IMG/VR virus record: IMGVR_UViG_3300025137_004926
Strand: one strand, 5' to 3'
DNA length: 64,000 bases
Source of the DNA: a virus
Positions 48,475 to 58,707 of the stretch are shown here, piece by piece. Numbering within the stretch: the stretch's first letter is position 1; the number at the start of each line of letters is the position of its first letter. The notes beneath the pieces are model-generated. The model had not been told where the DNA came from, searched no databases, and saw only the letters and a program-made list of their open reading frames with translations. The translations under genes and the position numbers were made by a program.

Positions 48475-48863
48475 TGTTAAAAAATGAACTAATCCAGTAT
48501 CTAAATGTGCATACAAAGGGTCGAAAGGCGGGCCGCAAAGAGTTTCGCACAAACGATATTTTCATTAGTTCTTCTGAAAACAATAAAAACTTTAGATTAA
48601 CATCATTCGGTGCTAAAATACTCAAATCTCATTTCAAAGAGTACGTAATCAAAAATACCAATAATGTTGGAGTACATCTTAAGATTGACCACACAGGTAA
48701 GATGATTCTTGTACTTGATAGATATCTAAATAGTCCATATATATTGACGAATCAGCGACTAAGAGTGTATGAAGAAGCTATTGCGGCTGAAATATCACTA
48801 CTTGGATTAGAGGATTGGGTCGAACAAAAGCACATTTTATCAGAAATACACCAAAATAACTAA
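48474..48863 (+). CDS. hypothetical protein
   Basis: coupled GTG start; FRLTSFG..LDRYLNSPY. Confidence 0.6.
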   Translation: MLKNELIQYLNVHTKGRKAGRKEFRTNDIFISSSENNKNFRLTSFGAKILKSHFKEYVIKNTNNVGVHLKIDHTGKMILVLDRYLNSPYILTNQRLRVYEEAIAAEISLLGLEDWVEQKHILSEIHQNN

Positions 48864-48892
48864 AAAAACTTGATTTAATTTAGGTCAAAAAC

Positions 48893-48920
48893 TTGACAGA
48901 TTAGAGAATCGTGTTATAGT
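48893..48920 (+). promoter_or_regulatory. early-type promoter with GAATC in the spacer
   Basis: TTGACA-7 bp-GAATC-gTGt-TATAGT. Confidence 0.8.
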
Positions 48921-48953
48921 GTATACATAATGAATAACAAAGGAAGTGAAAAT

Positions 48954-50081
48954 ATGTCTGCAAAAGTTTCAACACATGATATGGATGTTCGAATTGTACG
49001 TCCTTCTGATATAAAAGCTGAAATCAATTATGCTTTTAATCGTCAACGACCCGTCTTTATTTGGGGTCCCCCCGGAGTAGGTAAATCTGAGATAGTAGAT
49101 ACTATCACACAAGAAAGGTCAGGTTATATGATTGACCTTAGACTTGCTCTTATGGAACCTACTGATTTACGAGGTATCCCATACTATAATGAGAAAACAA
49201 ACACTATGGATTGGGCAACACCTTCTGACTTACCTAGTCAAGAACTTGCTGACCAGTTTGAAAACATTGTATTGTTTTTAGATGAAATGAACCAAGCACC
49301 GCAATCAGTACAAGCGGCGGCTTATCAACTTATTCTTAATAGGCGTTTAGGTAATTATACTCTACCTGATAATGTTCTTATTGTTGCCGCTGGTAACAGA
49401 GAATCAGATAGAGGTGTTGCTTATAGAATGCCTTCTCCACTTGCTAACAGATTTGTACACTTAGAAATGGGTGTTGACTTTGAAGATTGGCAGACTTGGG
49501 CATTAGAAAATAAAATCCATGCTGATGTTGTAGGTTACTTAACATCTAATAAAATGGACTTGTTTAACTTTGACCCTAGAACTGCTTCAAGGGCTTTCGC
49601 AACTCCTAGGTCTTGGACATTTACATCACAGTTGATGCCGATGGAAGGTGAAACTATTGATGATAGTAAACTACATGACTTGATTGCAGGTACTGTCGGT
49701 GATGGTGTTGCTACTAAGTTTATGGCTCACCGAGCGATTTCAGGTAAACTCCCTAATCCAACTGATATCTTAAAAGGTAAGGTCAAAACGGTATCTAGGG
49801 AAGCTAAGGAAATCTCAGCTATGTTCTCTCTAACTGCTTCACTATGTTATGAGTTAAAAGAACATGCCGAGAAAAACAAAGGTAAGATGGATGAGTTATA
49901 CAAAATGGCTGACAACTTTTTCAGGTTCATGATGGATAACTTTGAAACTGAAATGATTGTTCTAGGTGGTAGAACTGCACTAAAAGTTTACAAACTTCCA
50001 CTAGAGCCTAGGAAGGTTCCTTGTATCGAGGAGTTCTTTAAGAAATACGGTAAGTTGATTATCGAGGCTCATAACGCATAA
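48954..50081 (+). CDS. MoxR-like AAA+ ATPase
   Basis: WGPPGVGKS, LFLDEMN, AAGNR, LANRF, TPRSW. Confidence 0.9.
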   Translation: MSAKVSTHDMDVRIVRPSDIKAEINYAFNRQRPVFIWGPPGVGKSEIVDTITQERSGYMIDLRLALMEPTDLRGIPYYNEKTNTMDWATPSDLPSQELADQFENIVLFLDEMNQAPQSVQAAAYQLILNRRLGNYTLPDNVLIVAAGNRESDRGVAYRMPSPLANRFVHLEMGVDFEDWQTWALENKIHADVVGYLTSNKMDLFNFDPRTASRAFATPRSWTFTSQLMPMEGETIDDSKLHDLIAGTVGDGVATKFMAHRAISGKLPNPTDILKGKVKTVSREAKEISAMFSLTASLCYELKEHAEKNKGKMDELYKMADNFFRFMMDNFETEMIVLGGRTALKVYKLPLEPRKVPCIEEFFKKYGKLIIEAHNA

Positions 50082-50104
50082 GAGCAGACACTTTAATGCG
50101 TTTA

Positions 50105-50148
50105 AGAGGGAGAGAGGTCTTGACTTCTCTCCTTTTTTTTGTTATAAT
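50105..50148 (+). terminator. terminator hairpin with an embedded sigma70 promoter
   Basis: GGGAGAGAGGTC-TT-GACTTCTCTCC plus T8; TTGACT (50120-50125)-17 bp-TATAAT (50143-50148). Confidence 0.7.
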
Positions 50149-50153
50149 TAGAT

Positions 50154-51524
50154 ATGATTTGGGAAACAATTAAAGCACAGGCAAAGATCCACGGCAGTAA
50201 AACTGCCTTGATATGCCATGATAAAAGTTATACATATAGAGAATTAGTTGAGAGTGTAGAAAAACTATCGGCTACATTATCTACAGCCATCAGACCTGGT
50301 GAGCGAGTATTATTTGCAAGTGAAAAAGAATATCATTATGTAAGAATGGTTCTGGCATGTGATGCCTTAGGTGTAACATTTATGCCAACGTTTCCCAATT
50401 TATCAGATGAAATAGTTGAACGTATAAAGAATGCAAGTCACCCAAATCATATAATTCTAAGTGAAGACGATGCACTAAAACTAAAGCCACACAATAAAGG
50501 CTTAATGTTTGCCAAAGGTGCAGACGATTTGTATACTGTTATATTTACTAGCGGTACTACAGGAGAGCCTAAGGCGGTCCCACATACTAGAATGGCTTGC
50601 ATTCAAGGTTCAATACAAAACATCTTAATACAAACTTTAACATCCGATGATGTAATACTTTCACAACTTCCTCCTTGGACTATTGGTGGACTGTATCTAT
50701 ATACACTTCCAGGTCTAATGAAAGGTTCTACAGTAATTTGTGAAATGTTTAATCCAAGACGTTATATACAAATATGTAAAGAATATAAACCTACTATAGG
50801 TATTATTGTTCCTGCTATGATGTTGGCACTATCTAAAATCAGAGGCTGGAAAGAAGCAGACTTATCTCACTGGCGTGAGTTAGGGTTCGGTAGTACAGTT
50901 TGTCCTAAAGAAATGTTACAAGAACTATTTGACAAGGGAGCACCTGCATTAAGAAACTTATATGGTTGTACAGAAACACATGTACCGATGTTTACACATT
51001 TGGCAACTCCAGATGATCCACATCCTTTGCAAATTCATATCACTGATAACTATGATTTCAAATTAGATAGATATGGTGTTGCTTGGATTAAAGGTGATTG
51101 TGTTACAAAAGGATATCTAAATCAAGAGACACCTATAGATGATGATGGTTATTGGAGTACTGGTGATGTACTAGAAACTCAGCATAATCTTTTATTTTAT
51201 AAATCACGTAAAACTGATTTAATAAAAGTCAATAGTTATAATGTATCTCCTGTTAGGATCGAGAATATGTTTCTACCACATACTGATGTTAATGAAGTTT
51301 GCGTAACATACCGTGATAGAGAACTAGGAGAGAAAGAAATTGTTGCAGTAGTCAGTGTGGATAGCAAGATAAATAGTGATGAGTTAATGAAATTTGTTAA
51401 AGATAAGCTATTTCAGTACGAATTGCCCAAAGAGATTATTATTACAACAGATCCATTACCAAGAAACCCTATGGGAAAAGTTCAGAGACATGTTGTCAGG
51501 GAAAAGTTTGTGGAGACAGAATGA
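50154..51524 (+). CDS. acyl-CoA synthetase / fatty acyl-AMP ligase (ANL family)
   Basis: FTSGTTGEPK, YGCTE, STGD, PRNPMGKV. Confidence 0.9.
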   Translation: MIWETIKAQAKIHGSKTALICHDKSYTYRELVESVEKLSATLSTAIRPGERVLFASEKEYHYVRMVLACDALGVTFMPTFPNLSDEIVERIKNASHPNHIILSEDDALKLKPHNKGLMFAKGADDLYTVIFTSGTTGEPKAVPHTRMACIQGSIQNILIQTLTSDDVILSQLPPWTIGGLYLYTLPGLMKGSTVICEMFNPRRYIQICKEYKPTIGIIVPAMMLALSKIRGWKEADLSHWRELGFGSTVCPKEMLQELFDKGAPALRNLYGCTETHVPMFTHLATPDDPHPLQIHITDNYDFKLDRYGVAWIKGDCVTKGYLNQETPIDDDGYWSTGDVLETQHNLLFYKSRKTDLIKVNSYNVSPVRIENMFLPHTDVNEVCVTYRDRELGEKEIVAVVSVDSKINSDELMKFVKDKLFQYELPKEIIITTDPLPRNPMGKVQRHVVREKFVETE

Positions 51525-53215
51525 AGAATAAAGTAAATAAAATTGTCATTCTAGGTGGCGGTGCGGCAGGTTGGTTCACTGCTGGATATTTAAAATACAA
51601 AAATCCTAATATTGATATAACATTAATTGAAAGTAAAAAGATAGGCATCGTTGGTGTAGGCGAAAGTACTATACCTCAACTTGGTGACTTCTTTAAAGAA
51701 ATGGGCATTGAAGAACGTGACTGGATGAGCCATACAAATTCAATATACAAACTAGGTAATAAGTTTGTTGGTTGGAATAAAGAAGGCAACAGAGACCATG
51801 TCACTAATCACTGGAACTGTTCTAAATTTGAAGAACAGTATTTTTCATTCTCATTTGCTTTACCTGAAAAACATTTAACAACAAGTTTCTATCATCAATT
51901 ACAAACAAAAGATTTCTTTACTAACTCAAAAGGTGATCCTGGTGTAGATGATAAATGGAATGATTACTGGTTGCAATTATGCCGTGATGGCAGAAAGAAC
52001 TGGTGGGAAATGTCTGAGGATATGCAAGAGCAAACATATTTAATGGACATGAACAAAGCACCATTTGATATGGATGATAATATTCTCATTGGTAACTGGC
52101 AGGCAAAAACATATCATGTAGATGCAGAAAGATTTCCAGAAGTAGTTAGAGATAGAGTTGCATTGCCTAGTGGTGTAAAGCATGTTTGGGGTCACGTAAA
52201 AGATATTGTAAAAGATAATGAAGGTTACGTAGAAAAATTAGTATTAGAAGATGGATCAGAATTTGAAGCAGATTTATTCTGTGATGCAACAGGCTTCAAT
52301 CGTTTACTAACAGGAACAATGAATAATGGTTGGCATGATTATGACCATATCTTTACACGTGATGCGATTGTAGGTCCAGTAGAATACAAAGATGTGTATT
52401 CAGAGTTTAGACCTTACACACAATCATATGCAGGCGATGAAGGTTGGACATTTATTATCTCACTATTCAATCGTATGGGTTCAGGATATATCTTTGATAA
52501 AACTGAGATAAGCCCAGAAGAAGCTAAAGAAAAGTTTATGAAGTATTGGGATGGGTATAAGTTTATTAAAGAACCAAGACATATTACATGGGAGTCAGGT
52601 CGTATGAAAACTCCTTGGAATAAAAATGTAGTTGGTATCGGAATGGCTGGTGCGTTTGTAGAACCAATGGAAGCTAATTCGTTGTATGTCGCACAGGCAT
52701 CTATTCAGTTAGTACATAGAATTATCAATCGTGCTAAAGATGAAGATGCAGTAATCAATCCTTCGCAACTTTATGCATACAATAGAAACATGTGCCAATT
52801 AGAAGATGGTATTGCAGACTTTGTTGCTTATCACTTTACTCTATCAGATAGAGAAGACACACCTTTCTGGCGTAAGCAAAAGCAGTTAGGTATAGAAAGA
52901 AATCATAAAGAAGCATGTTGGAATGAATATAATAGACCTACAAACCACATAGGTAATGGTGTGTATCCAGACTACATGTGGGCTATGTTAGCCGTGTATT
53001 TGAACAAGTTTGATGATAGTGTCAAACTAAATACTAGAAAAGAATTAATGGAAAAAGCCAATATCATGTTTGAATACTGTAATAAAATGAGTAAAGAAAA
53101 CGGCAAGTATGCACCACATGCCTACGATTGGCACCGTAAGTTTTTATTTGAAGGAAAAGATTACAAACAAGTATTGGAAGAAGCACTAGCAAAAGTATCT
53201 AGGAATATTGCATAA
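51521..53215 (+). CDS. tryptophan-halogenase-family flavoprotein
   Basis: GGGAAG, VGVGEST, YKLG, DATGF, FVEPMEA; WxWxIP replaced by WTFIIS. Confidence 0.85.
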   Translation: MKNKVNKIVILGGGAAGWFTAGYLKYKNPNIDITLIESKKIGIVGVGESTIPQLGDFFKEMGIEERDWMSHTNSIYKLGNKFVGWNKEGNRDHVTNHWNCSKFEEQYFSFSFALPEKHLTTSFYHQLQTKDFFTNSKGDPGVDDKWNDYWLQLCRDGRKNWWEMSEDMQEQTYLMDMNKAPFDMDDNILIGNWQAKTYHVDAERFPEVVRDRVALPSGVKHVWGHVKDIVKDNEGYVEKLVLEDGSEFEADLFCDATGFNRLLTGTMNNGWHDYDHIFTRDAIVGPVEYKDVYSEFRPYTQSYAGDEGWTFIISLFNRMGSGYIFDKTEISPEEAKEKFMKYWDGYKFIKEPRHITWESGRMKTPWNKNVVGIGMAGAFVEPMEANSLYVAQASIQLVHRIINRAKDEDAVINPSQLYAYNRNMCQLEDGIADFVAYHFTLSDREDTPFWRKQKQLGIERNHKEACWNEYNRPTNHIGNGVYPDYMWAMLAVYLNKFDDSVKLNTRKELMEKANIMFEYCNKMSKENGKYAPHAYDWHRKFLFEGKDYKQVLEEALAKVSRNIA

Positions 53216-53940
53216 TGACATACCAAAATAAAGTAACATTGAAAGTATTTTTTATGTTAGCAGTAGCCGTGATTGGAATACCTGCTTACTTCTATATGGG
53301 CGGTTCATGGCAACTTGCTCTTGCTTTTACTTTATATGGTTGTGTTACTAATGCATTATCACAAATTGCATATCATAGATGGTTGTGTCACGACCAGTTT
53401 GTTCCACATATACTAGGACGTTTAGCAATGCTATATGGTATTGTTATGAGTGCTAATGGTAGTCCTATACAATATGTTTACTCACATTTAAATCATCATA
53501 AGAATTCAGATAAAGAAAAAGATACACACAATCCAGCAGAGTTAGGATTGTTTAAAATGTGGTTAGGTCAGTATAAGACACCAGAAGATTTTATTAGTTT
53601 GCGTTTTTTATTAAGAAAACGTGATGTAGTTTTTGTTGATAGACATTACTGGAAACTATATGTATTGTTCACATTAATACATTTCATCATAACACCTTGG
53701 TTAGTTGTATGGCAAGCATTTAATTTTACTCATATGTGGGTAGCATTAACTTGGTTAAACTATGCGGCTCACAAAGATGGTGGACCTAGTAAACTAACTG
53801 GCTTTGCAAACGTATGGATGATGGGTGAAGGGTGCCATGATATACATCATAATTATGCTAATAGATTAGATATGTCACATGATGATTTAACAGATTGGGC
53901 TGGCAGATATTATATACCAGCATTGTTGGCTAAAAGATGA
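53215..53940 (+). CDS. membrane fatty acid desaturase
   Basis: His boxes HRWLCH, HLNHH, HDIHH. Confidence 0.88.
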   Translation: MTYQNKVTLKVFFMLAVAVIGIPAYFYMGGSWQLALAFTLYGCVTNALSQIAYHRWLCHDQFVPHILGRLAMLYGIVMSANGSPIQYVYSHLNHHKNSDKEKDTHNPAELGLFKMWLGQYKTPEDFISLRFLLRKRDVVFVDRHYWKLYVLFTLIHFIITPWLVVWQAFNFTHMWVALTWLNYAAHKDGGPSKLTGFANVWMMGEGCHDIHHNYANRLDMSHDDLTDWAGRYYIPALLAKR

Positions 53941-54107
53941 GAAGTTTATTAAAAATATGGCAGTATGCCTTAGGGTCTTACTCAGATGATAAGACAAAAC
54001 CTTATGACACACAAATGTTAATCATAAGAACTTTTTGGGTACTACTACACATTACTACATGTGTAATGATTATACTAGGTAACGGTCATTTAATGGGTTG
54101 GTGGTAA
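53937..54107 (+). CDS. small membrane protein (not in ORF track)
   Basis: MRSLLKIWQYALGSYSDDKTKPYD...GNGHLMGWW*; ATGA and TAATG coupling on both sides. Confidence 0.7.
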   Translation: MRSLLKIWQYALGSYSDDKTKPYDTQMLIIRTFWVLLHITTCVMIILGNGHLMGWW

Positions 54108-54721
54108 TGAAAGTATTAGAAACATTTACTGGTGCACAAAATTATGAATTTAAAGTTGTAGAATACGACAGTAGTATGAAAGCAGACCTAGAAGAATTTT
54201 GTCAGAAATGTGACAAGGCAGGCATACTAAATAATGCTAGTCTCAAAGCATTAAAGTTTGGCAAATGGGGTTCACAAGAGAACTGGTGGTTTGTTTATCA
54301 TGAGGATAAAATAATATCAATGGCAGGAGCACATTACTTGCCACATGTACATGATACATGTTATATGATAAATTATAGATTAGCAACATTACCTGAGTGG
54401 CGTAATATGGCAGATGATAGACAGAATACTAGAAGAATGTATCATGAGTTTGGATTTGCAAGATTAGTTCCTTTTATGGCTGATTGGGCTGTTGAACAAG
54501 GTGCAACTGATTGTGTAGTGACTACCGCATCAGAAGACCACAGTGACGATAGAAGTGGTACGATGCACAAGATATGGAGATTTGCTTACGTGGCTTGGCC
54601 ACATGAAGATAAGTTATCTCTATTGCATAAGGATTTCCCATTGTATGGGATTAAGCAAGATGTATGGAGATTTAATTGGAGAAACTTTCGTACAGGTGAA
54701 AGGATAGAATATGCTAGATAA
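54107..54721 (+). CDS. GNAT-like acyltransferase candidate
   Basis: IISMAGAH, YRLATLPEWR (GNAT motif-A-like), WAVEQGA. Confidence 0.5.
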   Translation: MKVLETFTGAQNYEFKVVEYDSSMKADLEEFCQKCDKAGILNNASLKALKFGKWGSQENWWFVYHEDKIISMAGAHYLPHVHDTCYMINYRLATLPEWRNMADDRQNTRRMYHEFGFARLVPFMADWAVEQGATDCVVTTASEDHSDDRSGTMHKIWRFAYVAWPHEDKLSLLHKDFPLYGIKQDVWRFNWRNFRTGERIEYAR

Positions 54722-55487
54722 AATAACATATGGTTGGAAAATGAGAATACTATGGATTGTATTGCATATTGTATTAATTTACAGTATTATATCAGCGCCA
54801 GAGTATTTTTGGTATTCATTTGTATGGGGTTGCATAACAACTATGGTAGGTGGCTTTGCTGGTTGGCATAGATATTGGGCTCATAGAAGTTATCAGACAG
54901 GAAGGAAAAGACAAGTACTTCTTCTTTGGTGGGGTGCATTGGGCTTTCCAGGTAAACCACTTCCTACTCTAGGTGGACATAGATTACATCACAAATATGC
55001 AGATGTAGAAGGTATGGATATTCATTCACCAAGAGAAAAATCATGGTGGGAAAACTTGATGGGTTTTTATGAAGACTTCCCTCCTGAACGTAGAATTTTT
55101 AAAGACTTGTATTTGGATCCACAAGTAAGATTTATGCAACGATATTATTTTCAAATTATAACAGTTGCAATGATTGTATTATTCTTAATCGATCCAATCT
55201 TACCCGGTTACGTATTGGGTATCACAGGTGTATATCAATTTTGGGTAGGTACATTCGGTATAGTACACTTACTACATATATTTGGTAAATCAGACCATGA
55301 CACAGGAGACGATAGTAAAAATAGTTGGTTACTTGCAGTGTTTACATTCGGAGAAGGTTGGCATAACAATCATCATAACAATAGTTTAAGTTATACCACA
55401 CAAGAAAAATGGTATCAGTTTGACCCGACCGGGTTAGTAATTAAATATTTTATAGCAACGGATTTAACACATGACCGTATATATTAA
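54711..55487 (+). CDS. delta-9-like acyl-lipid/acyl-CoA desaturase
   Basis: HRYWAHRSY, HRLHH, DIHSP, GEGWHNNHH, QFDPTG. Confidence 0.92.
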   Translation: MLDKITYGWKMRILWIVLHIVLIYSIISAPEYFWYSFVWGCITTMVGGFAGWHRYWAHRSYQTGRKRQVLLLWWGALGFPGKPLPTLGGHRLHHKYADVEGMDIHSPREKSWWENLMGFYEDFPPERRIFKDLYLDPQVRFMQRYYFQIITVAMIVLFLIDPILPGYVLGITGVYQFWVGTFGIVHLLHIFGKSDHDTGDDSKNSWLLAVFTFGEGWHNNHHNNSLSYTTQEKWYQFDPTGLVIKYFIATDLTHDRIY

Positions 55488-56619
55488 TGACCTGTCTTGC
55501 TTTACACCTTTCGGTGATTTAGAGCAAACATGGAAGGGCGTAACAGAAAACAAAGTAGCATATGGACCTATTACTAAGTTTGATCCAAATGAAAGTAGAT
55601 ACACACGAAGCAAAGTAGCAGGTGAGTTTCATTTTAATGCAGAAGATTATCCTATCATAACAGAATCAGAACGTGATAGACTTCCAGAATCTAATCAATG
55701 GGCGTTAGCATTAGCAAGTAAAATAGATTTAGATACAATAGATAAAAGTAGAACAGGTGTTATTGTTTCACCAGGCTTTTCAATGTACTTAGAAATACTA
55801 AAAGCAAATAAGGATAATGCAGATAACATTTATCATTACTGTCCTGATATGATTGCACACAATATAAACATGAAATATGGTTTAACTGGTGCTAGTGCAA
55901 TAACATTAACTGCCTGTAGTACAGGTATCTACAGTGTTATATGGGCTTCTATGATGATTGAAATGGGAATGATAGACCATGCTTTAGCAGGCTCAGTAGA
56001 TGTAACAATACAACCAGACGCATTCAAACAGATGGGTAAACTAAGAGCCTTATCAACCAAATATAATGATACACCAAAGAAAGCATCAAGACCATATGAT
56101 ATCGGACGTGATGGATTAGTATTAAGTGAAGGTGGCGCAATATTCTTATTAAGTAAAGATAAGACAAATAAAACAATTTGTCAAATAGATGGGTATGCAG
56201 TAAACAACGATGCATATCAAACTGTGGCACCACATCCTAACGGAAAAGAAGTACAAAAATGCATGTCAGATGCGTTGAAAGGTTCAACACCTAGTCTTAT
56301 TAATGTTCACGGAACATCAACACCAATGGGTGACTATGCAGAACTAGATGCTATCAATAGATTAGGATTACAAGATGTACCGATAGTTGCTAACAAATCG
56401 CAGTTAGGACACTGTATGGGAGCCGCAGGCTCTGTAGAGTTAGCTATGTCTATTATGTCTCTAAAACACGCTATTATACCGCCTACGGTCAACGTAGAAG
56501 CGTTTGAAGAAGGATATAGTCCAAAGATATACAATACGTCAACTAGTGCAGAAATAACGTCTGTATTGTGTAATTCTTTCGGTTTTGGCGGTACGAATGC
56601 TAGTATTTTAATTAGCTAA
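55471..56619 (+). CDS. beta-ketoacyl-ACP synthase II (FabF-like)
   Basis: TACSTG, SRPYDIGRDG, HGTST, KSQLGH, NSFGFGGTN (Cys-His-His intact). Confidence 0.92.
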   Translation: MTVYINDLSCFTPFGDLEQTWKGVTENKVAYGPITKFDPNESRYTRSKVAGEFHFNAEDYPIITESERDRLPESNQWALALASKIDLDTIDKSRTGVIVSPGFSMYLEILKANKDNADNIYHYCPDMIAHNINMKYGLTGASAITLTACSTGIYSVIWASMMIEMGMIDHALAGSVDVTIQPDAFKQMGKLRALSTKYNDTPKKASRPYDIGRDGLVLSEGGAIFLLSKDKTNKTICQIDGYAVNNDAYQTVAPHPNGKEVQKCMSDALKGSTPSLINVHGTSTPMGDYAELDAINRLGLQDVPIVANKSQLGHCMGAAGSVELAMSIMSLKHAIIPPTVNVEAFEEGYSPKIYNTSTSAEITSVLCNSFGFGGTNASILIS

Positions 56620-56623
56620 AAAC

Positions 56624-56651
56624 TTGACAATATCACGAATCGTGTTATTAT
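56624..56651 (+). promoter_or_regulatory. early-type promoter with GAATC in the spacer
   Basis: TTGACA-7 bp-GAATC-gTGt-TATTAT. Confidence 0.8.
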
Positions 56652-56684
56652 GTATACATAATGAAAGAAAAAGGTGACTCAAAT

Positions 56685-58004
56685 ATGCAAGTAGAAAAAG
56701 CACAATCAGTAGACGATATTGTTGATAATGCATTAAAAGGTGCAGGCATCGAAATTGATGAAAATTCAAGCGAACCTGTAGTATTCGACTATACTGATAA
56801 AGAAGTCAAAGAAATGATTGTCGCTGGTAGAGTAAGAATGCTTATCAAACATCCATTCTTTGGTACACTTGCTACAAGATTAAAATTAGTTGAGGCAGAA
56901 TGGTGTCCAACAGCCGCAGTTGACGGCAAACATTTTTATTATAACTGTGATTTTTTCAGAACTCTAACATCGGAAGAGATTGACTTTGTAGTAGGTCATG
57001 AGGTTCTTCACTGTGTTTATGACCATTGTGGTGAAGGTGGTCGTCTATTTGATTTTGATGAAAAGAATCGTGATGCTCAACTTTGGAACGTAGCCGCTGA
57101 CTATAAAGTTAATCAAGGCTGTGTTGAAAGTAGAATTGGTGTCATGCCAAAATCTGCATTATTTGATACAAAATATCATGGTAAGTACACTGAGGAAATT
57201 TATCAACATCTGAAACAAACAGGTCAAGGTCAAGACAAAAAAACACTTGACCAACATATCATGGGTAATGGTAATGATTCAACAGGTGGTACTGGTGAAA
57301 CTGATCCTACAGGACGTAAAGCACCAATCAAAATTTCTAAGGAAGAAGCAAAACAACTTAAAGACCAAATGAAACAGGCTGTTATTCAAGCGGCTCAAAC
57401 TGCTGGTGCTGGTAATATGCCTGGTGATATCAAAAGACTTGTTAAGTCTATGACAGAACCTAAGATGGATTGGCGACAGTTACTTAATACATCTATTCTA
57501 AGTTTACTTAAATCAGATTTCACATGGATGAAACAATCAAGAAAATCTAGGTCAATGGGTGTTTATCTTCCTGGTCAAGATAACGATACTATGATTGATT
57601 TAGGTATCGGTCTTGATGTTTCAGGTTCTATTGATAATCAAATGTTGGCTGACTTCATGGGTGAAGTTGGAGGCATCATGCAACAGTTTCAGGACTTTAG
57701 ACTTAGAGTTTGGACTTTCGATACTGAGGTTAATGAATTTTCATTCAAAGAATTTACTCCGATGAATGCAGATGAAATTAAAGACTATGAGATTAAAGGC
57801 GGTGGTGGTACTGACTTTGATTGTAACTTTAGTTTCATGGAACAAAACGATATCAATCCTGATAAGTTTGTAATGTTTACTGATGGGTATCCATTTGGTA
57901 GTTGGGGCAATCCAAACTACTGTGATACACTATTTGTTATTCATGGAAGTGAATCAATCATCCCACCATTTGGCGAACACGCCTACTATCAAAAAGCCGC
58001 ATAA
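56685..58004 (+). CDS. DUF2201-type metallopeptidase + VWA protein (MoxR partner)
   Basis: PFFG, TAAVDG, HEVLH, DVSGS MIDAS, GGGGTDF, FTDG. Confidence 0.85.
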   Translation: MQVEKAQSVDDIVDNALKGAGIEIDENSSEPVVFDYTDKEVKEMIVAGRVRMLIKHPFFGTLATRLKLVEAEWCPTAAVDGKHFYYNCDFFRTLTSEEIDFVVGHEVLHCVYDHCGEGGRLFDFDEKNRDAQLWNVAADYKVNQGCVESRIGVMPKSALFDTKYHGKYTEEIYQHLKQTGQGQDKKTLDQHIMGNGNDSTGGTGETDPTGRKAPIKISKEEAKQLKDQMKQAVIQAAQTAGAGNMPGDIKRLVKSMTEPKMDWRQLLNTSILSLLKSDFTWMKQSRKSRSMGVYLPGQDNDTMIDLGIGLDVSGSIDNQMLADFMGEVGGIMQQFQDFRLRVWTFDTEVNEFSFKEFTPMNADEIKDYEIKGGGGTDFDCNFSFMEQNDINPDKFVMFTDGYPFGSWGNPNYCDTLFVIHGSESIIPPFGEHAYYQKAA

Positions 58005-58009
58005 ATAGT

Positions 58010-58030
58010 AGGGAGTAAAAAACTCCCTTT
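58010..58030 (+). terminator. short hairpin terminator
   Basis: AGGGAGT-AAAAA-ACTCCCT-TT. Confidence 0.5.
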
Positions 58031-58052
58031 CATAAGAGACTAAATATTATTA

Positions 58053-58595
58053 ATGAGCGATACATTACTATTGAATGCGGACTACAAACCTCTCGGACTT
58101 TCACCTCTTTCTACATTAACATGGCAAGAAAGCATTAAACTTATCTGGCTTGATAAGATTAACGTAGTCGAATGGCATGACGATTGGGAAGTACATAGTC
58201 CTAGTCACACCATGCGTGTCCCTAGTGTCATTGCAGTACGTGAATATGTGTCTCAGAATAAAGAAGGTATAAATTTCTCACGTAAAAATGTATTCATACG
58301 TGACCATTATACTTGTCAATATTGTTTAGATGCATTCCCTTCAAAAGAACTTACACTGGATCATGTTATACCTAGGTCAAAAGGTGGCAAGTCTGGTTGG
58401 GATAATATGGTATCTGCATGTAAAAAATGTAATCTAGCAAAGGGTTCAAGAACTGATATAAGTCCTGTAAGAGTACCAACTAAACCAAATTTTTACAATC
58501 TAATGTCTCAAAAGAACTTCACAGTAAGGATAAAACACCGTATTTGGTTAAATTACCTTGATTGGCCTGAGAAATATGTTGATTTAGTAGCATAA
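58053..58595 (+). CDS. HNH endonuclease
   Basis: LLLNADY, RDHYTCQYC, LTLDHVIPRSKGG..WDNMVSACKKCN. Confidence 0.92.
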   Translation: MSDTLLLNADYKPLGLSPLSTLTWQESIKLIWLDKINVVEWHDDWEVHSPSHTMRVPSVIAVREYVSQNKEGINFSRKNVFIRDHYTCQYCLDAFPSKELTLDHVIPRSKGGKSGWDNMVSACKKCNLAKGSRTDISPVRVPTKPNFYNLMSQKNFTVRIKHRIWLNYLDWPEKYVDLVA

Positions 58596-58707
58596 TTATT
58601 AAATAAAGGCTTGACTTCGTTACCCCAATTTGTTATAATAGTAGTTGAATAATTAAGTTATTCTATTATATATAATAATTAAACTAATGTCAAAGGAGTA
58701 TACAACA

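Noticed and set aside
58053-58595. HNH gene as a mobile homing element
   Set aside because: It is free-standing with no intron or insertion boundaries visible, so mobility cannot be supported
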